Source of the DNA: a virus
Strand: one strand, 5' to 3'
DNA length: 64,000 nucleotides
IMG/VR virus record: IMGVR_UViG_3300028534_000015
Span: 64,003-128,002 of that record
The notes beneath the pieces were generated by a model that saw only the letters and a list, made by a program, of their open reading frames with translations, searched no databases and had not been told where the DNA came from. Positions 18,693 through 26,461 of the stretch are shown piece after piece (position 1 is the stretch's first letter; every line of letters begins with the position of its first letter). The translations under genes were made by a program, and so were the position numbers.

Positions 18693-18766
18693 TTTTATTC
18701 TCCTTTATGGTTTTAAATTAATTAGTTCTTATAGAACACCTCAAGCTTAAACCGCTTATATAATAT
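18693..18766 (-). repeat. 74-bp promoter/leader/RBS direct repeat, copy 2
   Basis: 72/74 identical to 17933-18006. Confidence 0.9.
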
Positions 18767-18800
18767 TTTATATTAGTACTACTACCAACTCCTTTTTTTT

Positions 18801-19235
18801 TTAATTAACTATAAACATAAGTTTGTTATTTTCTTCGCCTAAATAAACATAGTTGTTATACGGATACCTGTGAAAAACATTGTTTAAGAAGAGTGAGCGT
18901 AACTTACTAAAAATAGATTTAAATCTATTTAAATTAATGTTTCTACCTGTCTCTTCATTATATGTTCTTGTCAACGTATATAATCTTTCATCATTATTAA
19001 AATAGTATTTAAACATATCTTCAAATTGAAAGAACGGGAACACTAATTCAAAAATAACCATTAAATCATTTTTATAAACAATAGGAATATTGATTAAATT
19101 AAAATTTATTGCTATAGGTTCAAAGTTATGAATATCATCTACATGTATTAAAAAATTATCAAGATAATCTACATATGTGTCTGTATAGAATAAACTGTTA
19201 GGGGAATAGAATGTTAAATTTAAAAAATTCTCCAT
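18801..19235 (-). CDS. Hypothetical protein
   Basis: 144 aa, AAAGGT RBS. Confidence 0.65.
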   Translation of the reverse strand: MENFLNLTFYSPNSLFYTDTYVDYLDNFLIHVDDIHNFEPIAINFNLINIPIVYKNDLMVIFELVFPFFQFEDMFKYYFNNDERLYTLTRTYNEETGRNINLNRFKSIFSKLRSLFLNNVFHRYPYNNYVYLGEENNKLMFIVN

Positions 19236-19281
19236 TTTAAACCTTTTTTTATTTTATAATCATTTTATACTGCGGAAATAA

Positions 19282-19311
19282 AAAAATCTAGCTCAAAAGA
19301 GCTAGATTTTT
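19282..19311 (-). terminator. Intrinsic terminator
   Basis: AAAAATCTAGCTC-aaaa-GAGCTAGATTTTT. Confidence 0.8.
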
Positions 19312-19723
19312 AGATATCTGTTGTCCATACAATGTCTGCTACTTCACTAGCTGAACTAGCTTCATAAACTTGTTTAACCAGTTTTGAATACGCTAACCAA
19401 GCATTATATCTTTTATTACCTAACGCTAAAACAGCGTTCTCAAGTATTTCTACGGTTACTTCAACAAGTCCTTCTACTACGCCTATTTCAAACGAATCTT
19501 GTTCTTCTTCTTTCATAAGATCAAGTGTGTTTTTATATGCTGTAATATCATTGCTTGTTGAGTAATATGTATAGTCACCTATTTTCATAGGTTCATCCAT
19601 ATATTCTAGTTCAGCTGTTTTAAGTTCACTTCTCTTTTTTGCTTTTAACTCATCTAATGTTAAAACATTATCCTCTTGTTCTATATCTTCAACCATTTCT
19701 GGCAATTCAAAAAAATCAGCCAT
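19310..19723 (-). CDS. DUF4376-like tail fibre assembly/chaperone protein
   Basis: LDELKAKKRSELK...LVKQVYEASSASEVADIVW pattern; directly downstream of a tail-fibre-like gene. Confidence 0.7.
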   Translation of the reverse strand: MADFFELPEMVEDIEQEDNVLTLDELKAKKRSELKTAELEYMDEPMKIGDYTYYSTSNDITAYKNTLDLMKEEEQDSFEIGVVEGLVEVTVEILENAVLALGNKRYNAWLAYSKLVKQVYEASSASEVADIVWTTDI

Positions 19724-19752
19724 TTCTTCTCCTTCTTATTTTTTTTTTATTT

Positions 19753-20835
19753 TTACGCATCTGATCCGTCAGAATGAACCCATTTTGATCCGGTCCAAAA
19801 GTTAGGTTTATTAGTAGTAGTGTTAAAATATCTGAATCCTACAGACTCGTCCTCATTAGGATCAACTCTATCTTCTTCTGGACCAGAAGATAAAAATTCT
19901 GTCACAAACGGTTTTGTGCTAAAAGTACATATACCGCCATTAGGTGTTGACATAGATTCTTTTTTCTCTAGTAATTTCCAAGCTCCTTTATAATAAACCC
20001 ATGATCTAAACCAATATTCGCAATCATCATCGATCATTTCTTTAATGAATGAACCGGATAGATTATAAAGACCGTATGTGATCCATTTTACATTATGAAA
20101 TTTTTCATAGTAAGAACTAAAACTAGAACCTGACTTCATTGTATAATATACAGTAGCTAAATCTGTAAATTCATTAGAGTTTCCTGTTATACCGGTATTA
20201 GGATCTACTGTAAAAACTATTGTTTTTCTTGTTTCCCAACCTTTAAATTTGCACTGACTAACAAAACTATAGCCTCCGCTATATCTTAGCAAGAACACAT
20301 ATTTATTACTTAAGTCAGTTAGAGATTTTGTCATATCAAATGTAACTCCATAAAAATTTAATCTACCTGATTCAACTCTAAATAATGTACCATTTAGAAA
20401 CTCAACATTCTCACCGAATGTCAAGATTACATCATCAGCATTTCCAGTCATAGATTGAACTGTTATGTGTGCATGGTTAATTTGATATGTCGGTATACCT
20501 AGACCGGACACTGTAGGTCTTCCTAACGGATCTGTGAAATAATGCGTACCTGTTTCTAAATTTAGAATAGTATGTCCGCTTGTTAAGTTTATAGAACGTA
20601 TTGTTTCACTAATGGCTGTTGTGATATCGGGATAATCGTATTTTGATTTCTCTGATTCTGGTACTTCATCAGACGCTACAGACATAACTTTAATATCGTT
20701 TACAAGTCTAACGTCAAATGATTTCATGTTCATAAGAAACCTATTGAAATCTCTGATCTGGACGTTGTTATCTGGCACAAGATCTTTAAAATCATACGGA
20801 AAAATATTATCAGCATAGCTTATAATTTCACTCAT
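19753..20835 (-). CDS. Tail fibre/spike-like protein with beta-helix region
   Basis: YPDITTAI...LNLETGTH beta-helix cap, beta-helix-like core, C-terminal GPEEDR...VGFRYFNTTTNKPNFWTGSKWVHSDG motif of phage fibres. Confidence 0.65.
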   Translation of the reverse strand: MSEIISYADNIFPYDFKDLVPDNNVQIRDFNRFLMNMKSFDVRLVNDIKVMSVASDEVPESEKSKYDYPDITTAISETIRSINLTSGHTILNLETGTHYFTDPLGRPTVSGLGIPTYQINHAHITVQSMTGNADDVILTFGENVEFLNGTLFRVESGRLNFYGVTFDMTKSLTDLSNKYVFLLRYSGGYSFVSQCKFKGWETRKTIVFTVDPNTGITGNSNEFTDLATVYYTMKSGSSFSSYYEKFHNVKWITYGLYNLSGSFIKEMIDDDCEYWFRSWVYYKGAWKLLEKKESMSTPNGGICTFSTKPFVTEFLSSGPEEDRVDPNEDESVGFRYFNTTTNKPNFWTGSKWVHSDGSDA

Positions 20836-20878
20836 TTTTTAACCTTTAAATTATATTCAGTTTAAGTGAAAAAAAAAA

Positions 20879-20903
20879 TACTAGGAGCATTACGCTCCTA
20901 GTA
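20879..20903 (-). terminator. Intrinsic terminator
   Basis: TACTAGGAGC-attac-GCTCCTAGTA followed by long T-run on minus strand. Confidence 0.8.
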
Positions 20904-21542
20904 ATAGAAATAGTCATAACCATACGGTATATCGTCAAATTCATAATGTGAATACTTCCTTAAGTCTTCTTCGATTATTGCCATTGTTTCTGCATAATCA
21001 AAATTGTCTCTATCTATTCTCCATATGAACTCATTTTCGTCATAATTATCCGCGTACTCTGCTCCGTCATAGTAACAACAACCGATTCTTTTATACGGTT
21101 CTAAAGACTCCATAAGATATTCATACTCGAAGAATTGCTTCTCTTCTTCGTATTCCATTATTTCTTTATTACCGTCATATCCAATACTTTTCTTTATAGT
21201 ATTATAATCATCATAGACCATTGTTAACGTTTCTAAAGTCAAAGACTCTGATGTTTTATGAATCACATTTCTTTCCCACCAAGATTGAAATTCGTCTTTT
21301 ACTCTTACTTCGTCAATAACATAATATTCATCTAACCCAAATATAGGAAATCCTCTGTTATCTGTTTTAAGCACATTCCCGATTATATCAGCAATATAAT
21401 CATTATCGTAAACACTTCTTAAAACTTTAAACGTTACTCTGACACGTCTTTTAAAAAATAAAAAGTGTTTAACTTCAAATTCAACATTTACGAAAGCGTA
21501 TAAGTAGTTTTTAGATATAAGCTCTATGTCCGTAATTTTCAT
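20898..21542 (-). CDS. Hypothetical acidic, Tyr-rich protein
   Basis: 214 aa, AAAGGAG RBS, upstream ATATTATA motif. Confidence 0.7.
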   Translation of the reverse strand: MKITDIELISKNYLYAFVNVEFEVKHFLFFKRRVRVTFKVLRSVYDNDYIADIIGNVLKTDNRGFPIFGLDEYYVIDEVRVKDEFQSWWERNVIHKTSESLTLETLTMVYDDYNTIKKSIGYDGNKEIMEYEEEKQFFEYEYLMESLEPYKRIGCCYYDGAEYADNYDENEFIWRIDRDNFDYAETMAIIEEDLRKYSHYEFDDIPYGYDYFYY

Positions 21543-21599
21543 ATAGTTTCTCCTTTATGAATTTTAAATCAGTCTTTTAAGACACCTACGTCTAATCTA

Positions 21600-21959
21600 T
21601 TTTATAATATGTTTATAAAGTTAATTCCATATAAACTTTAAATCTTCTATTATATTGAACCTATACAACGAACCGAGGGTTGATTGTTTAAAGACATATA
21701 AAACACATATGTTTTTAACCAGTCAATGAGCTGGCTCTACACTAGCAAGCTAAACTAGCAAAGCTGTGGAAACAATAATACCTTGGGGGTTGGTAGGGTG
21801 AGCGTAGCGAACTATATAGAACTTCTTTCCTTTTTGGGAAAGGGGGAGGGGCGAAGCCCCGTCTGGGGGAAAACCCTTTTTCCTTTCTTATAGAAGCACA
21901 TCAATATTCATATATTCTAAAATAGCCAAAATAACCGTTTTTATAATATATTTATAAAG
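21600..21959. other. Non-coding G-rich hairpin island flanked by 21-bp direct repeats (candidate replication origin or structured RNA)
   Basis: No ORF; repeats 21600-21620 and 21939-21959; hairpins 21680-21726 and 21848-21860 (GGGGC-GAA-GCCCC); clustered G-tracts. Confidence 0.45.
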
Positions 21960-21963
21960 ATAT

Positions 21964-22476
21964 TTACAGATAATATAATGTAAATCTATCATCTAAGTAT
22001 TTTCTACATAATACTATAACATCTTCTTTGTTAAGTTCTCCGCAACCTATTCCTGGTATTGGGAGTCCCACATTATTATATTCTTTTTGATTTGTTAGTT
22101 CAACAAGCTCCTTTAATGATTTCTCTATAAGTTTCATATCTGATTTAGCCATAAAACCTGGTAAAGATGACCTACCTATAAAATGTCCATACTGCGGTAA
22201 AATATCATCTTTTGATTCAGGTGTAAACGTAGAAGGTTTTGTTGGGAATGAAATTATATCAAATCCTTTATATTTCATAATGACATCTACGCAATGTCCG
22301 TTTGTTAATATATAAGAACCTAATTTTAAATCAAAACCCTCACAAAGTTCATTACACGTTTTCGCAATACCTCTACCAACAGTTGCTCTATTTCCTCTTT
22401 TAATAAAACCATTTGTTGTAATACAAATAGCATCCAAATGACTCTCGTTGAATACATTAGCCTTCTTTATTTTCAT
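21964..22476 (-). CDS. Macrodomain (ADP-ribose hydrolase, DarG/TARG1-like) protein
   Basis: DAICITTN, VGRGIAK, IISFPTK and VGLPIPGIGCGEL macrodomain motifs. Confidence 0.85.
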   Translation of the reverse strand: MKIKKANVFNESHLDAICITTNGFIKRGNRATVGRGIAKTCNELCEGFDLKLGSYILTNGHCVDVIMKYKGFDIISFPTKPSTFTPESKDDILPQYGHFIGRSSLPGFMAKSDMKLIEKSLKELVELTNQKEYNNVGLPIPGIGCGELNKEDVIVLCRKYLDDRFTLYYL

Positions 22477-22561
22477 TTTTTTTTATCTCCTTTAATGGTA
22501 GATTAAATTAATTATATATTCATAGGAATATTTCGAAAAAAAAAATAATTAATCTCCTTTC

Positions 22562-22597
22562 GAGAGATACGGAGCATCGTAATGCTCCGTATCTCTC
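22562..22597 (-). terminator. Strong hairpin terminator closing the non-coding unit
   Basis: 16-bp perfect stem GAGAGATACGGAGCAT-cgta-ATGCTCCGTATCTCTC; T10 run at 22536-22545 on minus strand. Confidence 0.8.
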
Positions 22598-22600
22598 TAA

Positions 22601-22990
22601 GTTGTCTTTAGTATTAAGTAGCGCTTGTTTAAGCGCTAAATCAACTCTGTCAGAAGTATTGTCTAGACTTCTGACTACAGTATAGCTGACTACAAGGCGA
22701 TCACTTAAACCTAGCTTTCACATGGTCTATCTCTTTTACCTAATAGAAGAAACAAATAACATGTTCTATGAATAACCTGCATATTTCAGCTCAGTTAAAC
22801 TTTTTACATTTTCATGCTTACTAACGTTATCTATTTCAACGATCAGAGAGATTTCTGTCTGGCGTCACCCTGAAGCACAGTTGTACTTCTTCAGTTCTAG
22901 TCCGGATAGTGCACCGGTGCCTTGTCGATAAGGGATGAGCGGTCCCAAAACACTAGAATTATAAGCCTTATACAATCTTAAAAAGACCCT
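22601..22990 (-). ncRNA. Putative large structured non-coding RNA (~390 nt), family unrecognised
   Basis: No ORF >=60 aa; upstream TATATTATA motif; downstream terminator; paired ends and many helices with minus-strand G-U pairs. Confidence 0.6.
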
Positions 22991-23004
22991 TCACGACTTA
23001 AACT

Positions 23005-23024
23005 CTATTTTTATAATATATAAA
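23005..23024 (-). promoter_or_regulatory. Early-type promoter motif upstream of the putative ncRNA
   Basis: TATATTATAAAAATAGA, matching CATATTATAAAATAGA at ~21596-21611 and the other ATATTAT sites. Confidence 0.55.
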
Positions 23025-23096
23025 TATATTAATTTTTGCGATATAAAAAAATTGACATTACATTTTTTCAATGATTTTTAATATAAAGAGAATTAC

Positions 23097-24815
23097 ATGT
23101 TGATGGAAAATGAATTAAACAAAGAAGTTTATGAAGAAGCATTAAGGTACGTTGATAACTACCAAGCAGAAATTATTGCTAAACGATTGGGCGATAAAAA
23201 TGATGTTAAAGATTTAATCTTTTATGAAAATGCATTTGATAACGAGAAAACATTAAAGGATTTAGACAAAGCAGTAGCTACAATTTTTAAAGTTTTACAA
23301 ATGTCACACCACATTGTATCGTTTACAGATTCTGATTGCGATGGTATTTGTTCTGCTGCTATTACAGAGAACGGTATAAAGGACTATTTAAAACATAACA
23401 ACATAACAACAATCGTTAATAAGAAAGTTTACGGTAATGGAATGAATGACACTATATTTAAAGAGATACTTGAGTTACACAAAAAGAACCCTATTTCATT
23501 ACTTCTTCTTTCAGACCATGGTAGTGCTAATGATGCATATTTTAAAAGACTAAAAGAACACATTCCTAACATAAAGATAGTTGTAACTGATCACCATGAA
23601 ATACCAGAAACAGGTAATTTAAGATATGTAGATGCGTTTGTAAATCCTATGAGAGAAGATGACAGCTTTACAAAACGTAATATATCTGGAGCTACAGTTA
23701 TATATTTAGTTATAAAGGCTCTTATAGACAAATTTAAGGCAGAAAGCATATCTTTAGGTAAAGATGACCAAGGAGATAGTTTAATGGCGTTAGCGGCTAT
23801 TACAGTGCTATCTGACGCGATGTCACTTATTGAACCGAAAAATAGATATATTCTTTCTAAAGGTCTTTCGTATATGAACAACACTGATGAGTTATTATGG
23901 AAGACATTTAAAGATTATACATTCGACGATACTATAACTGAAGAAACAATTTCATTTGGTTTAGCTCCACTAATAAACGCTACAAACAGATTAAATTATC
24001 CTGAAATAGCATTTAGGTTTTTAACAGCAAAAACACCGTTAGAAATTAACATGCATATAAAGCGTATGGTTAGTTTTAACAATGAAAGAAAAGAAATAGA
24101 AGCAGAAGCAACGTTAAAAGGCATTAAAGCCGCGAAAAGATATAAAAAGGACTTCAGTAAGATTATACTACAAGATGGTGACTCTGGAGTAGCTGGTTTG
24201 GTTTCACAGACAGTAGGGGAAACATTTTATAGACCTACAATAACATTTACAAAAGACAAAGATGGTGACTATGTAGGAAGTGGAAGAGGAATTGTTCCGG
24301 GATTACACTTAAAAAATATATTTGACGATATACATAAAAAAGACAATACTATCTTTAAAAAAGGTAAAAGAGGAGGTCATGCTGGAGCGGCTGGATGTTC
24401 TGTAAATAATGATAAATTACTTCCATTTGCGACATACTTTGATGATTTTGTTAAAGAAGTAGTGGAAGAAAAAAATATATCATTAACGCCTGTAAAAAGA
24501 TATGACATAGAAGTGAATGAATATAGCACACTAAAGACATTTTCAGAAGCGTTCGAAAAGTTAAGACCGTTTGGTAGAGAGTTTCAAAAACCATCGTTTT
24601 TATTAAGAACAGTTTTCATAAAGAAATGTTCACCTATAGGTTTTCCTGTATTACATTACGGATTAGATGTTATGTTCAGTAAAGTAAAGATTAAGGCGTT
24701 CTATCCGAAATCAGGTTTTAAGTTTAAGTGTGAGTTAGATAAAGCGATCAGTGTTATAGTAACCACAAAGAGATTTAAAGACACTATAGAATTAACAATA
24801 CTAAATCACGAGTAG
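23097..24815 (+). CDS. recJ: RecJ-like single-stranded DNA exonuclease (DHH/DHHA1)
   Basis: DSDCDG, SDHG, TDHH, SDAM, APLINATNRL, GSGR, GGHAGAAG and LRPFGREF motifs. Confidence 0.92.
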   Translation: MLMENELNKEVYEEALRYVDNYQAEIIAKRLGDKNDVKDLIFYENAFDNEKTLKDLDKAVATIFKVLQMSHHIVSFTDSDCDGICSAAITENGIKDYLKHNNITTIVNKKVYGNGMNDTIFKEILELHKKNPISLLLLSDHGSANDAYFKRLKEHIPNIKIVVTDHHEIPETGNLRYVDAFVNPMREDDSFTKRNISGATVIYLVIKALIDKFKAESISLGKDDQGDSLMALAAITVLSDAMSLIEPKNRYILSKGLSYMNNTDELLWKTFKDYTFDDTITEETISFGLAPLINATNRLNYPEIAFRFLTAKTPLEINMHIKRMVSFNNERKEIEAEATLKGIKAAKRYKKDFSKIILQDGDSGVAGLVSQTVGETFYRPTITFTKDKDGDYVGSGRGIVPGLHLKNIFDDIHKKDNTIFKKGKRGGHAGAAGCSVNNDKLLPFATYFDDFVKEVVEEKNISLTPVKRYDIEVNEYSTLKTFSEAFEKLRPFGREFQKPSFLLRTVFIKKCSPIGFPVLHYGLDVMFSKVKIKAFYPKSGFKFKCELDKAISVIVTTKRFKDTIELTILNHE

Positions 24816-24830
24816 CTTGTCTGCTCGTGA
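24806..24830 (+). terminator. Terminator of recJ
   Basis: TCACGAGTAG-cttgt-CTGCTCGTGA including the stop codon, T-rich tract after. Confidence 0.7.
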
Positions 24831-25014
24831 ATATAGTTATTTTCTTTTATTGAGGGGTTGTACTTATTTTTATCTTTCTCTTCTCCGATTGATTGATTTT
24901 TCTAAAGTGGTTCTTTTTTGTTGTAAAAAACTTTTCGATGCACTTACGACGCCTCACGAAAAAAAAAAATAAAACATCGATTAGTTCTGTTCGTTGACGG
25001 TTTTCTCTGAGAAT

Positions 25015-25046
25015 CTTATCTGTCATGCACACGCATGACAGATAAG
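25015..25046 (-). terminator. Intrinsic terminator
   Basis: 14-bp stem CTTATCTGTCATGC-acac-GCATGACAGATAAG immediately after stop. Confidence 0.75.
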
Positions 25047-25352
25047 TTAGTTGACTTCAAACGTTATATTGCTTCTTTTGTTTCCATCTTCATATCTAAA
25101 TAGGACAACTGTTTTAGAGTTGACCATAATTTCATATATCCTATTTAAGACAAGATTCATTTCACCTCCCATAAAACTAATAAACGCATCAGTTACTGAT
25201 GCACCAAACATAATCTTATCGAAAGCTTTCATTTGGTTAGACTCCCTAACTATACTATTCTTAAACTTTTCAGCATACGTAGTGTCTGTTTTAAAAGACT
25301 TTAGACTATAAATAGTCGAATTATCTCTTTCAGCTTCTTTCTTAAATTCCAT
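25047..25352 (-). CDS. Hypothetical protein
   Basis: 101 aa, AAGGAG RBS. Confidence 0.7.
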   Translation of the reverse strand: MEFKKEAERDNSTIYSLKSFKTDTTYAEKFKNSIVRESNQMKAFDKIMFGASVTDAFISFMGGEMNLVLNRIYEIMVNSKTVVLFRYEDGNKRSNITFEVN

Positions 25353-25365
25353 TCTTTCTCCTTAT

Positions 25366-25935
25366 TTAATTATTTAACATCAGTTCATTATGAACTTTGA
25401 GTATTTCCTGTCCTACTTTCTCTAACTTAAAAGCAGCGAATTTGTAGTCATCTATCTGTCCCATATCTGTATTAGATATTTCAAAAGCAAGAATCATAAA
25501 GTATAAATGAAAACACGGAACCATTAATTGATCGTCGTTGTTAAAATCAATAACTAAATCTATTGATTTCAATAAACATTCAATAGGTTTTAAAGTTTCT
25601 TCACCAGTCTCTTCTAGAAGAATTAACTTGTGGAAGTTCTCAAAAACTTTATCCATTAAATGTTTATTTTTAGATAATCTAAAACTTTCAATAGTAGATC
25701 TTACAGCCTGCGTTCTAAATAACACACCCGTATCTATTTCTGTTCTTGAACTTATAAGCTCAAGAATATCTTTGTTCTCAACTATGAAATCTTCAATAGA
25801 TTCATCAAATACATATTCGTATTTATTCATTAAGACATCTGTGTAATTGTCATACCAAAGAACATAAAGCATTCTTATAAACTCTTTAGTTCTCTTTTTA
25901 TTAAAGAAGTCTCTGGCTATTTCTTTCTTGTCCAT
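25366..25935 (-). CDS. Hypothetical protein
   Basis: 189 aa, GGAG RBS. Confidence 0.7.
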   Translation of the reverse strand: MDKKEIARDFFNKKRTKEFIRMLYVLWYDNYTDVLMNKYEYVFDESIEDFIVENKDILELISSRTEIDTGVLFRTQAVRSTIESFRLSKNKHLMDKVFENFHKLILLEETGEETLKPIECLLKSIDLVIDFNNDDQLMVPCFHLYFMILAFEISNTDMGQIDDYKFAAFKLEKVGQEILKVHNELMLNN

Positions 25936-25969
25936 TTATTACTCCATAAAAAATAAATAAACACTAAAA

Positions 25970-25997
25970 TTACAGGTAGAAAGATTTCTACCTGTAA
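25970..25997 (-). terminator. Intrinsic terminator
   Basis: TTACAGGTAGAAA/TTTCTACCTGTAA inverted repeat. Confidence 0.7.
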
Positions 25998-26024
25998 AAG
26001 TTGTCCATATTGGTTTTTGGTATA

Positions 26025-26381
26025 TTAACTTAACGCTTTTTTGATTGCTTCGTTAAGTGCGCCAAGCGATTCTTTAAGAAAGTTATCTGTCTGATGGTTG
26101 ACGACACTCTCTTCTTCTGGATCGCGTGTGGTGTGAAGCTCTAGTTTATCTTCTAGTCTATAGTTTGTTTCGATAACAACCTTTTTGACTTCGCCGTTTT
26201 TAAAGTTTTCAATCGCGATATCTGTTGCTTTACCTATGAAAGCTTCAGCATACGATTGCTCATATGAGTAAACTTTCTCCAGTGTTTCTTTATCTACTGG
26301 AGCCGACTCTACGAAGTCTCCTTCAACTTGAATTGACACAGTCTCATCTGTAGCAATTCTATTTTTTTCTTTGAATTCCAT
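26025..26381 (-). CDS. Hypothetical acidic protein (own promoter and terminator)
   Basis: 118 aa; ATATTAT motif, leader hairpin and AAAGGA upstream. Confidence 0.75.
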   Translation of the reverse strand: MEFKEKNRIATDETVSIQVEGDFVESAPVDKETLEKVYSYEQSYAEAFIGKATDIAIENFKNGEVKKVVIETNYRLEDKLELHTTRDPEEESVVNHQTDNFLKESLGALNEAIKKALS

Positions 26382-26461
26382 GGTGATCCTTTTTTTTTTT
26401 GTTTTTAAATCGTTACGTAGTGTAACCTATTTAATAATATACTTATAAAAAAAATTACATA

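Noticed and set aside
17933-18766. CRISPR array or attachment sites
   Set aside because: Only two long copies 760 bp apart that carry promoter and RBS; no spacer periodicity, cas gene or integrase
22601-22990. tmRNA, RNase P RNA, tRNA or group I/II intron as identity of the structured region
   Set aside because: No tRNA-like ends with CCA, no GAGGAAAGUCC core, no cloverleaf, no interrupted host gene or domain-V motif visible
21600-24815. Retron or other reverse-transcriptase system
   Set aside because: No reverse transcriptase motif in any ORF of the window
24847-25032. 61-aa minus-strand ORF
   Set aside because: Starts inside a terminator hairpin, lacks an RBS and translates homopolymer runs
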